This document shows, piece after piece, positions 1 through 13,064 of a DNA stretch of 64,000 nt. Each line of letters opens with the position of its first letter. The stretch's first letter is position 1. A program made the translations under genes and the position numbers. The DNA is from Haliotis rubra. Taxonomy: Eukaryota. Below the pieces are notes generated by a model. The model was not told where the DNA came from and searched no databases. It worked only from the letters and a program-made list of their open reading frames with translations. The stretch is from the NCBI RefSeq assembly GCF_003918875.1, contig NW_025765292.1, forward strand, positions 868,001 through 932,000, read 5' to 3'.

Positions 1-202
1 GGGTTAGGGATAACAGAATGTCTCGTTTGGTTCATAAATGATCCGAATCTAGACACGCCAGTTACCGATGTCTGCAGCGACCCCAACCGTTCGATGAGAT
101 CCCAATCCGGAATCGCACAGGGAGAAAACGCTTGGCTCTCTGGCAAATATTTTAGCTACATGGCGGCGGTTTGTAAATACATGTAATCGTGTCTGGGCCA
201 GA

Positions 203-442
203 GGTGAGGTGAAATTGCGTTTAACGTCGCGCTGGAGAATATTTCGCTCATATGACGACGTGCATGCGTGTGCATGTGTAGGTGCGGCTGCTTGTACTAG
301 CCCAGACTGAAGCTGGTTTTATAGTGCTAGCTCACTGAGATACCATGCCGCAGTGAAGCATGAATACCCCACTGAGACACATTATGCTGACTCCGAGCCG
401 CCCAGTCCTTGTTGTACCCATTAATGCCGAGCGCCAGGCAGG
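203..442 (-). mobile_element. Truncated SINE (family C, RUDI-like) inserted in a family-B SINE (148-580)
   Basis: Near-identical to 18141-18384; flanked by GTCTGG(G/A)CCAGA at 191-202 and 443-454. Confidence 0.75.
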
Positions 443-2388
443 GTCTGGACCAGACATGCCCGTGGTTGACATCACGGTCAGCTTGCATCAGCCAAGTCAG
501 CAAACCTCGCCACCAATCACGTTAGTCGCCTCATCATACGATAAGTATGAGTTGCTGAAGACCAATTCTAACCCGGATGCTAATGTTCAGGTCATTATAA
601 GCACTGTATGTAAAGTTAACATAACGAAACAACGAAATTGTGTGATAATCTTTAAAAAGGTTTGATCTCTATATAAAGCAGTTGAGAATAAAATATACAT
701 ACGCTACATATATTTTATCAAGAATCTTGGTGAGTGAATATTGCATGGCGCCGATTCACCGAAAAGGCAAAAAGTCTATATATACAGGTATGTTAACAAA
801 TGCAATAACATTTATGTTGAAGACGTAAAAAAGCATGTCACATAGGGCCTACTGTCATATACTATAAAATGCATAAATTTAACTCGAACTCAGAAATTCA
901 CCATCTACAACATATCTGCGTATATTTCAGGTCAGAAAACTTAAAAGTAAGGTTTAATTTAATAAAAGAAAATACATACATATCAAGGATACGAAGTTTT
1001 CACAAACTCATGCGGTTATATATTTAAACATTACAAACAGCACCCTTGAACCACACCAGAGAGGCGCTCATTGTGCCAAGGGAGGTAACTGAAATGCTAC
1101 GTACGCGAGTTCGAAATTAAGATATACTTACGATAACTCCCATTCCTTAACCCACATATAATGGCATCTTGTTTTATTCTCCTGTTCCATATGCACTTTT
1201 CATGTCCAAACAGCTGACGTTGTGTTATTGCCTGTTTGTTAGGATCTGGTGTGCCCTGTGGTTACTTCCGTAGTCATATCAACAGACATTCAGAGGGTGA
1301 CAACGTGATGTCCCAGCATATGATTGTTGACTGACATGCCGCTGAGTTGATGAACTGTGCTTGCCGTCAAGGCAAACGCTTAAACCACACAATGCTTATA
1401 TACCATTATTATACGTGTATTCCTATTTATATCTCAACATGTCAAAACTGGATAGTCACGCCAGTCTCCCGGATCAGGGCAACCGGAACAAGATCGGGAA
1501 AATTCAATAAAGTGTAGTGTGAGCACGGACATGTTTCATATGAAACAGACAGGCTTGGGTTTGTTACCAATCTAATCGACTGGCAAAAAAGAAACTTTCA
1601 CCCTGAATTCATATTGTAATAAAAATCATTTTGACAACTGATCTATTTCAAATGATTAAGTAACGACAAAAATGTATCCTTTAACATGTAGTCTCCTGCA
1701 ATATGGAATCGAAAACCTACTTGTAAATTTACGAACAAGCAGTAACATTTCATGCAGATTGGTTTGAAATATTACATTACAAATAAACAGAAATTTAATA
1801 AATGTCTAACTTACACTCTTCAAAAAAGAAAAAGAAGAAAGAAACGCACAGGCCAAAAATAAGGAAATATATACAAAAGTCGATTAAGCTTGAACTTAGA
1901 TGAATGTTAATTCGACACAGGGGTGAACATATGTATTGCTGTCATTGTCAGCATTAAATCAGTTCACAAACTGCACATGTGTGGACACAAGGGGCGTTCA
2001 GGTCGGTCAGTACTTGGTGACACCACCCGTTGCAGCCATCACTGCTCGACACCGCCTTGGAATGGATTGCACAAGTCGTCAGATTTTTGTTTGGGAAATT
2101 CTTGCCATTCATCCTGCAACGCGTTGGCAAGTTCTGGAAGTGTCTGAAGACGATTGTGACCTTTACGGACGCGTCAATCAAGTTCGTCCCCTAGATGCTC
2201 AGATCAGGCGATTTGGAAGGCCAAGGAAGGATATTGGCGTTTGCATTGGCGAGATAGGCACCTGTTGCACGAGCTTTGTAGTGTCGAGCTCCCTCTGGCA
2301 GTTAAAAGGTGGGAGGAAGTAAGGTCGCAGGATTTGGTCGATGTAGCGATTTGCAGTAAGATTGCCTTGAACACTACTAGCACTGATC

Positions 2389-2557
2389 TGACTGACTGAC
2401 TGAGTTTGGTTTTACGCCGCTTTTAGCAATATTCCAGCAACATCACGGCAGGGGACACCAGATATGGGCTTCACACATTGTACCCATGTGGGGATTCGAA
2501 CCCGGGTCTTCGGCGTTACGAGCCAACGCTTTAACCACTAGGCTACCACACCGCCCC
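2389..2557 (-). mobile_element. tRNA-derived SINE (family A), full length with TSD
   Basis: Minus-strand A box (TAGCCTAGTGG) and B box (GGTTCGAATCCC), 3' tail GCGGCGTAAAACCAAAC(TCAG)n, and 10-bp TSD AGCACTGATC at 2379-2388 and 2558-2567. Confidence 0.9.
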
Positions 2558-2696
2558 AGCACTGATCAACCGTGTAGGACATTTCCCCCCACACCATCAC
2601 ACCATAACGTTTTCCCCACCAAATCTGTCCACCTGTTGAACGTAGTTCCGCGCAAAACGTTCGTGTCGACGTCGATAGACACGTTGTCTCCCATCC

Positions 2697-3384
2697 TGCT
2701 GGACCTTGGCGTGACTGTTGATCCTGAGCTGTCATTGGACCAGCACATTACCATCTTGTGCAGGACATGCTTCCTACTCCTCCGAAACATTGGAAACATT
2801 CGAAAGCTTCTCACAAAGGAGTCAGCTAAAATCCTTGTCCTCTCATTGGTGATGACAAGACTAGATTACTGCAACAGCCTCTTTGCTGGTGCAACAAAAT
2901 CCCAGATTGGTAGACTGCAACGGGTTCAGAACACAGCAGCAAGAATAGTCACTCTCTCACCCAAGTCAGCTCACATCACCCCTGTGTTGAAGGACCTCCA
3001 CTGGTTGCCCATTCCACAGCGCATCACTTTTAAACTCTGCATTCTCGCCTTCAGATGTCTCTCTGGAAGTGCACCTCAATATCTGTCCGACCTCCTTTCT
3101 CCATACAAACCAACAAGATCCCTCCGCTCCGAGAAACATAATCTTCTGTGTATTCCTAAAGTCAGAACAGTTAAATTTGGTCAAAGAACTTTCTCTTATG
3201 CTGCAGCCTCAGAATGGAATCATCTCCCACAACATTTGAGAGAAATGACAGAACTTTCAACCTTTCGAACATCGCTAAAGACCCACCTTTTCCAAAAAAG
3301 CCTTTTCGTCCTGACATCAGCGCTTTGAGCATGCATTGTGCATGGAAATATGCGCTTTATAAATGAACTATTATTATTATTATT
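2697..3384 (+). mobile_element. 5'-truncated L2/CR1-group non-LTR retrotransposon (RT C-terminus plus 3' tail)
   Basis: Intact frame reading DLGVTVD..L, RLDYCNSL, LQRVQNTAAR, HITPVLKDLHWLP and FRTSLKTHLF, with an (ATT)n tail. It interrupts the Tc1 transposase at ATCC. The listed ORF 2486-3328 is a SINE+Tc1+LINE chimera. Confidence 0.9.
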
Positions 3385-5261
3385 ATCCCGTTGTTGCAGG
3401 AGGAATCGCGATTCATCGCTGAACCAAACGCGTTGCCAGTTCCCCAGGTTCCATGCCTATCCCTGTTGCACCATTGGACACATTGGTCGGTGTAGTGACT
3501 AGTCGTGTCAGGACAGGCCAAGCTTTTGGTCGATATGCTGGAATTCCCACATCTCTCAGACGATTTCTGACGGTTTGGTCGGACATTATTCGAAGACCAG
3601 GCACCTGTCCTGCAGTGTCCGTTGCTGTATCGGTGACGTAGGTCACCCGGATGAATCGGTCCTGAGCAGCAGTGGTCAATCATGGCCTACCACTTCTGGG
3701 ACGGTCTTGGGTCGAATTGAAGTGGGTATATCGATGCCATAATCGATATGTGGTTCTGTGGTGGATCTTGAAGTGTATTGCAACGGTAGACTAGAACTAC
3801 CCTGCTTCCAAACGTCTAATGGCGATATATCGGTCAGTAGCATTCAATTTACGTTGTAAATTTCGTAATGAAATGATGAATTTGGTTTGGCCTTTTATAG
3901 TGGATATCTCTATTCATGTTTCCGACACATTGCACGTGCATTACGTGGAAAACCTTTTTTGTATGCATTTTCCAGGTATCGTTTTCAATTGTTTTGACAA
4001 ACGTTTACAAACACATTTTTGGGATTCGTTTGTGGGCAATAGACAAAACCACGACATAATTAATGGGATTCAAACAAAGGAATTGCTGTCAAAATATATC
4101 GAAATGAACTGCTGAAAACGCCTACGTGTTTGTTTTTTTTTGTTGAAGAGACAGAATCTCTGGCAATGTTATCAGGTTAGCTCACTGCAAGGACACTACT
4201 GTACAGGTTGATGAAGAGAGGCATGGGCTGTGTGATTGGAGTCATGATATCTGTGGTACAAAGCTGCTCTTCTCGCCTGTTGCGGAAGATAGTAGTCAGG
4301 GGGTTCTATAAGGTGCAATAGGTCAAGCCTACTTCAACGATCAAATGTGCACCAACCCCGAACTTCACAAATTACAGAGGCATGTCTGTGTCACTGTCAT
4401 TGTCGCAAGTTTTCATACCGTGTTCGTTCTAAATACTGGATAGTTGATGGTACCCTTCTCCTGGGTAGATTGTAGTATAATGTACTTAAATGTAAGTATA
4501 ATTGTTTTTACACTGTGGCACCAATACGCTTACATAGATACGACTGTGGCTTTGGTATGACAATGTACTAATCATGAAACCTGAGTATGATTTTTAAAAA
4601 ATCACTTAGAAATACAGATATTCAAAAGTGCAGCAAACTACGGAAACGTTTCGATCTCAAGGTTTCATAGACTATATATATTGGCCGGGAAAGTGAAGTT
4701 GAATCCCTTGTCAGTAACCTCGCCAACCCAAATCCTACAGAGCCCTAAACAACCCATCTATTACAGAGTGAATATGATTACTTGTTGAGTATTAAGTGCA
4801 GTTTAAAGTTACATCGGGTCCCTTCAGCAAACAGGTAATAACAAATTTGGTCAAATACAAATTTGCGATAAAGGGTTACATAATGAATTATCATATAAAT
4901 TGAAATTTCTGGCTCCAGTTGGTATATATTTATGCACAGAGTAATCCAGTCTCCATTTAAAGAATAGGGTAGGTTCATGCTGCAAAACATCTGAAGGGCT
5001 TGTTCTATGTTGGATGTAACATTAATACTCGCAAACAAGAAATGTGTGTTCTCATTTATTAGTCAAAAGCAAAACTTAACAAAATATCAAAATAAAACGC
5101 AAAAAGGATATGTACGACCATTTACAATTCTATGAAGTTTTCAGTTGAAAACTGTCAACCTTCGAGGGACATATAAACATTCAAATTGATTTTTTTTCTC
5201 TGCCCATTTGTTTTCAGAAATACCATGTGACCGATCAGTTGCCATCCACAGGCTTAATCTG

Positions 5262-8200
5262 CTATCTGCCATGTTTGGTCTTTGTTTCATATTTGGATCG
5301 GGCTTGTTTGAAATCCTTGAACAAACTATCCCGTCTATCCTTCTGACGGACAGCTCTGTCAGGCTTTGCTTTCGGGCTGTCGCCATCACAACCATTGTCA
5401 CTATCACTATCCAGAAGGGATTTCCGTTTTTTCCGCATCGATCTTGGTGCATTATCTTCACTATCATCTTCTAATTCTCCATTAGAGCTGTCACTACTAT
5501 CATCATCGTCTTCTTCAGCGTCATTGTCTTTATCAATGCTCTCAGTATTTGGTTCAAGTGAAGATGGAAGTGCAGGAACACGAAGACCATCCTGATTGCT
5601 CTTGCTCACCCCTTGATCATCATCATTATTATCGCCATTATTTGAATCCTGAATTCTATCATTATGCCTTGATTTCTTTCTGCGCAAGGATGATCTTCTA
5701 CCTTTACTTTTCAATGGTTTGTCCTCATCAGAGCTACTTTCTATAACTTTACTTGATTTCTTCACCCCTGTCTTCATGCCAACCACATGCGCAGTGTCGC
5801 CATCAATGGTTCCATCAACACTGTTAGTCTTCTTAATTAGTTTTTGTCGAAGCAATTTTCGGACATCTCCCTCCTCGTTTTGACATGTTTCCGGTAACCT
5901 TGATTCAGTGTCAGACCCTGATGAGGGCAGAATAAGTCTTCGGTTTTTCACACGATGCTTTGTCCTCTTCTTGCGAGGATCAGGCTGAAACACAAACACA
6001 TAAATGGATACAGATGCTGATACACAGGTTGGTTATCAAGAGTACGTTTGATTACGAGGGGGCAGACAAGAAGGGCGTAGTATCATATGAGGTAATGCAA
6101 AAAGCCTTTGCTCTTTTAATGAAGCATCTTAGATTGATGATTGTTGCAGCAGAATTTGAACAAACTGCACAATAACAACAGCCTTTGTATTATTCTCCAC
6201 AAACCTCCTGTGGTGTGTTGTCACAGAAGTCGGAGTCACTGCTGTCACTGCTGCTGTCGTCTTCCATCGCCAGGAAGCCATCTAAAGAGGAGCCCTCGTC
6301 GCTTGTGTAGGCCGGGTCGTGGTTGTAGCGGTGGTTGCTGTAATCAACACAGCACTGGTCACAGAAAAACTGTGATGGCAGGAATAGACTGACACACATA
6401 ATGTATTTATACTTAGAAACAGAATTATACAGTTTACTTTTAACTAGGCATTCGTGTAGTTCTGAATCCTCGGAAGAGGTGTAAGCTTTAAAATTGACAT
6501 GATTTGGTTTTTGAAATGTAACATTTCCAACAATGTAAATGAACATTTTTACAGAGCAGTCCACAAATATATCATATCAAGCCTATGATTCCTTTAGTTT
6601 GATATCATATACATTATGATGATGAAGTATGACTGGTGTTTCTAATTTATAGATGTTTTCTGGGTCTAGTAAGCAGGATGTGCTTTTTCACAATCCAAAC
6701 TGACATCAATCGGAATCAGACACGCAGGATCAATGTTTTGTGTCTTTGTTCCACACGATTCTAAAGTACACTTATAACTTATGTTGTGTATCTGCTTGTA
6801 TCTATGACATCCTCGTCTGTCTCATCAACACTTGTCAACATTACCATGATTAACTCATATCTTTACAATTACATGGATACTTACATTACACATAGAGAAT
6901 AGAGAACGCTGTAGCTTGGGCTTAAGTTCATCTCGATCTTTATACACTTGCATTCGTACTGGAAGTTTATGTCTCCTGACTGTACTTACACTCGTGTAAA
7001 ATTGTTGACTAGTTTTCTAGGCTTCAAGCCAGGATAGGTCTTCTCGGGGGTCTTGGTTGTCGGGATGGCATCCCACACTTCTTGTCGGGAGGGCATAGCA
7101 AACTGTCTGGACTGTCGTTGCTTTAGCCTGTCAGAGCTCCGAGAAGAGGCATCCTATAACACCCCAGTAAACACAGGACTACAAGCACAGAACAAATGAA
7201 ATTAATGCTTTCCCGCTTTGTAGGTAGTAGATTGGAAGAATGGAAAATGTAAACTTTTGTGGTTTAAAGGGGCACTGATCCAGAGCAATTTCCGTGGACT
7301 GGTTGTTGCTTTTGTTATTGTTTTTCTCCAGTGAGTACCCGGATGATATCCCAGAATTCATGACTGGTTCGTTACCTCTGCTGCGCCACCCTCATGTGCA
7401 ATTGATAGTATAAGTATAGACTGATCAACAAAGATGAAATAATTTTCCTTGATAATGTTATGTTGATTCTGTTGTAAAATTATGTAGACTTTGATGAATA
7501 AAAAAATATTCACTTTGATAAAAATGACTTTAATGTAAAATTTTGATTTCATAGTAATGTTGACTTTATAAAAATGTTAACATAAATGGATGTAGAATTT
7601 GATTTAAAAAATAGTTTGACCTTGAATTTGGTAAGAAGCCTGATATAATAGCATTGTTTTGACAGTAAAGCTAACTAAGTACATGGGGAGTCTTCGGGAG
7701 AAGTGAGCTTGGGTTCACTACTAGTCAATCTGAATGTTGTATTAAATGGCATTATTTTGATAACAAATGAAAACATTTTAAGTTTAACCATCTGCCAGTG
7801 GTAAAAAATGTTAGGACTGAATTAATGAAGTCAACGTATGTCTTTATATTTTGTCTTATAATCCTAATTAGTTTATTATCATGTGTGTATGCATTTTGAA
7901 ACTTAATAAAATGCACACAATCTGCTTATACTTAGTGAATTAATAACATGACTGTAATATCTAGACATCTTATAGATTGCCAACGTGTATCATATTTCAC
8001 ACACACGCCCTGAGTGTGACCTAGTGTATGTTGTCTGTCTCATTACACTTCACGGCAAAAAAATTTATCCTGTTGAATGCCATAACAAATAAATAAAAAC
8101 AAAAAGCAAATATTAAAATTTAAACAGACTAAAGTTAAAGCAACAATATCAGGCTATTACCTTGTTCGGGGAATGTATCCATCAATATTCACATAAAGGA

Positions 8201-10194
8201 ATGAGATGCCATTCATCTGCAGCTGACAAAGTATCCTGTTCCATGTCATGTGTCTTTTAACAGTCTAATATGCGAAAAAATGATCTATCGTTTCAGGTTT
8301 TTCACATTGGTGTATAGTCCCATTGGTTGCCCAAGATAGCACACCTGGCAACTAATTGCATGATGTCCGCCATTCTTTAAATAAGTAATTTAGTTAGCCA
8401 ATAATGAGCAATCAATCAATGTATTGGCGGTTAATCCTTTGAAGGAAGGACGTTGTTTTACAAACAGACTTTATGACAGGGTGTATTCTGTTTTGATTAG
8501 TAAATCTACATACATAAACACTACCTTTTGACAAATCCGCTGTGCAGGATAAAAGCAATTAATCAATCAGCATGTTATCGGTTAATCCTTTGATCGATGT
8601 TTGTTTTGTAAGTCAGCTGATAATACCTCTTACTGCACCTACATGCTCAAATTACATAAGATGTAATACATTTGCCACATCAGACCTCAATAATAATGGC
8701 ATCTCACTCCAGACACAAGAAATGCCAAATGGGAACCTTTGTCGGGTAATCTGAGTGGTGTTGTCACTAATTATACCGGTTATAAATTCATTAACTGACC
8801 ATCAACTGAATAATGACAAATAACATGTGTAGGTTTACCACCAAACAAGGGTTACAGCAAGAGAGAAGTAATCGCTGTATTGCATGCAAGTTTGATTGCC
8901 TGAAAAAAACACCTTATGGGCCGGCACTGTTTTGAGGATACGAACAGAACTTCATTGTTACATAAGAAATATATATAAGCATTTGCTGTGTACTTAGTTA
9001 AAAACTGTATATACCTATGTACCTAAGTAAAATTTCAGATTTTTTTTGCAATGGCAAAGTGGGGTTGTTTAGTTTATGGATTCAAATGTGTGTTTTTGAT
9101 AGCATAGTATACGTAATAGACATCATATTTTTACATGATTAAATATCGAGGTAAAAAACACAGAAATAGGATCAAATCTGATCAGTCACTATACCATTAA
9201 ACATTTGAAAATCTGAAAAAGCCTACACTGCTGGGATACTTTCTTACAATCAGACAAGAACTACCGGGGATATTTTCAAATAACGGCATCTGATGGGCAT
9301 CCACCCTTCCTAATGTCCCACTGATTAGGTTGAAGAAATTCTGCCAAGGTGGACAGAAGCCCAGTTCCCGTGTCCGTCACGGTCGAGGGAGCAGGGGCTG
9401 ACCAGTTTGCAGCTAGGTTTCGTAATTAGACTGTTTGCTGGAAACATTAATCGCTCTGGATCAGTGGCCCTTTAAATTGAACCATGTCAAAGAAAGTTTA
9501 GTCGAATGTAACTGTTTAGTATGGAAGGAAACAATTTTGTTCGATATCACTGACAGTAGGTGCTTGACTGTGTATAGTGAATAGCATAAAGTGTCACACA
9601 ACTTGCTCAAAGAAAGTTTGCACTAGAATGCACTTTACCGGGCGCAGCCGTCGCTGCTCCCTTTACGATCCTTAGGGTTAGGGTAAGGGTATGCCACCCT
9701 TTACGATCCTTAGGTTTAGGGTTAGGCACCCTTTACGATCCTTAGGGTTAGGGTTAGGGAACCCCAGCAGCGCTAATTAATCTGAAAAAGTGCGCCCGGT
9801 AAAGTGCAGTACTCCCAAAGTTTGAAATGCCTTTTTCAATGAGTAGGAAAGTTCTCTTTTATTTATCGCTTCTTATTTAACTCGCCCTTCCGGTATATCA
9901 CGTACCCGGTTTTGTCCGGATGTTAACAAAAATAATGTTTCGTTTCTCGGACAGCTATCACAGTACCTGGCCAGGAGAATGACTGCACAAAACTTGCTTT
10001 TTGAGAGTTTTATGAGTGTCTTCGTTGGATGATGATGATGAAGAAAGCTGCCTCTTCTTAGCCGACATGGGTTTGCAGCAAGCAATGTTTTCATTAGAGT
10101 CATCGCTGTCAGCGCCTTCCATGACGGACGTACTTCTTTCTCTGCCAAGTTCACCCTTTCGTAGGATATCAAAGGAGCTCATAAGCGGTATCAT
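5262..10194 (-). CDS. Uncharacterised ~415-aa Ser/Asp/Glu- and Lys/Arg-rich low-complexity protein, probably nuclear and disordered; 4 exons
   Basis: Exons (minus): 10194-9967, 7153-6990, 6337-6205, 5984-5262. All introns are GT-AG with matching phases (0,2,0), giving a continuous 1248-nt ORF from MIPLMSSF to KTKHGR*. It has several NLS-like basic clusters (PRKKRTKHR, RKKRK). An AATAAA lies on the minus strand at ~5055-5060. No domain recognised; the start could be the Met at 10182. Confidence 0.75.
7268..9471. mobile_element. Non-autonomous Kolobok-type DNA transposon (2.2 kb) in intron 1 of the uncharacterised gene
   Basis: TIRs AGGGGCACTGATCCAGAGC / GCTCTGGATCAGTGGCCCT with TTAA on both sides (7264-7267, 9472-9475). 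RR termini plus a TTAA TSD are Kolobok hallmarks. Confidence 0.8.
9621..9816. mobile_element. MITE with sub-terminal inverted repeats, 8-bp TSD and internal TTAGGG repeats
   Basis: AAAGTTTG at 9613-9620 and 9817-9824; perfect 18-bp IR TGCACTTTACCGGGCGCA at 9629-9646 and 9791-9808; three internal CCCTTTACGATCC(TTAGGG)n units. Confidence 0.85.
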
Positions 10195-10355
10195 TAAGGC
10201 GCCGAGTAAGCAATTAAGCCACTTTACGAGAAGTATAAGCAACAGGATTGTTGGGTTTATTTTTACGCAAAGACAACGGTAACAGGAATGATTGACTCGC
10301 CTGAGGTATTCGCTGTTGAGAGCGGCGTTCGCCCTGATCTAGGTTTGTCGGCACC

Positions 10356-10618
10356 GAATGTAGGAAAAAAAGTAACAGGAAAAAATGAAATAGAAAAAAA
10401 GTAACAGTCTTTATATAAATACTTATATAAACACTTATTTAGCTTTGGACTTTGATCATCTTATTTAAGTTGTTGTTGTTACTTGTTTTACTGAGCAACT
10501 TCCCACCTATTCAGCTTACTTGTGCTTGTTTTGTTTTGTTTAAACTGTGTTAATGAATAAAAAACAAACAACTGAAAAAGTGTTTCTTTTATTTCCTGTT
10601 ACTTTTTTTCCGATCACC
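10356..10618. mobile_element. MITE with sub-terminal 20-bp IRs and 9-bp TSD, just upstream of the uncharacterised gene
   Basis: GTCGGCACC at 10347-10355 and 10619-10627; IR GGAAAAAAAGTAACAGGAAA at 10363-10382 and 10592-10611. Confidence 0.85.
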
Positions 10619-11711
10619 GTCGGCACCATACCCGTAACTCCAACAGCATCATCTAGGGTTTCTCCCAACATACAACTGACATGCCGTGGAATGATCTTCA
10701 GGGCCACTCACTCACACCTATTCACCAGTCACTGACTGCTCATTACACTCAAATCGGTTAGCTTAGTGGAGTATAGTGAACCTGTGGGTAGTTTGGCTTA
10801 ACCCCCTGATGCCGAGTTTTTTCTCAGGCGCACATTTTCATAAGTGTGAGCGAAGAAAATACAGCCTGATACTTGAAATGGGTTTATGTGCTTATGCATA
10901 ACGTTATACGCTTAACATTAAAAATGACTCGCAATAAATGTCAAAAATGGAGTTTCTTCTATGACGTAAAACGACGACAGAGGTCATACACGTATAAAAG
11001 ATAAGGGGGCATAACCCCGCTATGCTTAACACTAGGTCAATGTAATTCAGATCACTTGGAGAGAATTTGTTGTGGATACGGACGATATGTTTTCGTTATG
11101 TTTTGTTCACGGTGAACCAAACTATTCCTTTTCAAAGTTCCCCAATGTGAGCGGATACGTTTTAGTAGTTTCACAATTTATAAGAAAAGATGACAATGTA
11201 CGTTATTTAGCGATTTGGATGGCCCTAGCTGATATATAGGTTAGTTCTTAGATTCCCATATTCTTCTGTTTGTGAAGATGTATTTTGACTAATTTTGCAT
11301 CATTATTAACAGAGTATTAGCCATATCTTCAAATGTAATGAAATTACTGAAAATAATACAACATTTTAGTTGACGTCATTGCTTGTTTTATGCATTTTGC
11401 GACGTCGGAAAAAGACGACGATTTGTATCTTGATTAGTATTTATCTCGCCTAATGTCCATTCATTGTATAAACGGTCTCGGCTTCTATGTCAGAATTTAA
11501 CACTCTTTAGACAAAATATAAAATGAATGAATTTACCATTTAAATAGTGTCCTGAACATATCAACAATTAGACGGTATGACTGCGCATCTTATTTTGAGC
11601 AACTCGCGCACCTGTTTGGCATCAGTTTAACGTAAATGAAAAATAATATTTCACAACACCCGAATATTTTCTAGGATAAGAATTTTCTTTGTTTATGATT
11701 ATGTAGCTATT

Positions 11712-11910
11712 TCTTGTCATAAGTATGACTAACGGGACCGGGTGGTCAGGCTCGCTGACTTGGTTGACACGTCATCGATTCCCAATTGCGCTGATCGATG
11801 CTCATGCTGTTGATCACTGGGTTGTCTGGTCCAGACTTGATTATTTACAGACCGCCGCCATATAGCTGGAATATTGCTGAGTGCGGTGTAAAACTAAACT
11901 CACTCACTCA
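11712..11910 (+). mobile_element. SINE family B (partial)
   Basis: Matches 35390-35636, with tail GCTGGAATATTGCTGAGTGCGGTGTAAAACTAAAC(TCAC)n. Confidence 0.8.
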
Positions 11911-12947
11911 TAAGCATGCAATGAAAGATGCAAAAAGATAGTTTTTTGTATGGAACTATTAGAATATGGATGTAAGGTTTGTCCAAATTAAGATATGACA
12001 TGGTTTATATATTTTAAAACAATTTTCGTATATATATTGTTAGAGTTTGATATCCTGTCATCACAATATTTTTAACTCGAATATGAATTGATTATATTAT
12101 CGAAAACAATTATAGTGAATCATAAAACGTTTTTGACAAACGCGCACTGGCCAATCAATATACATCGTTGTTTTGTCTATAAAACGACACAAACAAAAAC
12201 GACAATTCATTTAAATATGTGCGCATATACATTTCATAAAATGTATAAATCATTTTCATTAATATTATCAGTTTTACTTATAAGGTTGAATTAAATCGCA
12301 GTTCATTAACCTGTTCATATGAAACTGCAATATTAGTCCCAGTGTATTGAATATTGTACATCACAGGAACTAAAGTACATGTTGCAGTTATGGCTACGTT
12401 TGATCTTCTAACACTTGTGTAAAGGTTTAAAATATGGTGTACTACGCTTTAGTGTGTCAATTTTTTGTAAATATTATTCAAACAATTAAAAACTTTCAAA
12501 GAATAAAAACGTGTACCCTGTATCCATGTATGATATTATATTGAACAAGGCTACATGTAGATACTGAAATTAGTTTCATGAAAAAATATCTGAACGATAA
12601 CGCAAAATATACATCATAATACTGAAAGTGCAATCGGAAGGATTTGTGTATTTTAGGTGTATATTATTAAGAAAGGGCAGTGTGATACGTAACCACTCGG
12701 GTAGGGCGAACCTTGAGTTAGTGTCCGTCTATACACTAAATATACAAGGATAAATAGCACCGCTTCAAATCGGAACCAACTTTGACTGGCGAGAATGGAA
12801 GCACTTTGGCTATAACAGCGGAAACTTTGCTGAATTTAACATACATTTAATGTTCTGACTACTTCCGCTGTGTACTTCACGTTTAGTTATGCTCTCATTC
12901 TGGTCCCTTCTGTTTAGTGAATGGTGACAGGTGTGATTGCAAGACGT

Positions 12948-12948
<1 letters not shown>

Positions 12949-13006
<58 letters not shown>
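12949..13006. repeat. (GT)n microsatellite
   Basis: ~29 perfect GT units. Confidence 0.98.
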
Positions 13007-13010
<4 letters not shown>

Positions 13011-13064
13011 CGAGGGGAGCGGGGAGGATGTTCAAGGGAGGGATGATGTTCAAAATAGACTACT

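Larger units (their letters stand above)
1814..4152 (-). mobile_element. Decayed Tc1-like DNA transposon carrying nested SINE and LINE insertions
   Basis: TIR-like ends CACTCTTCAAAAAA (1814, after TA) and TTTTTGTTGAAGAG (~4136-4150). Minus-strand transposase fragments: TTAAQDRFIR and TVRNRL (HTH), SDESRF, VMVW.GG, GNLTANRYIDQIL, and C-terminal RRCRAVMAATGG. Confidence 0.85.

Noticed and set aside
2486-3328. 280-aa ORF as a host gene
   Set aside because: Chance fusion of an antisense SINE, Tc1 sequence and a truncated LINE RT tail.
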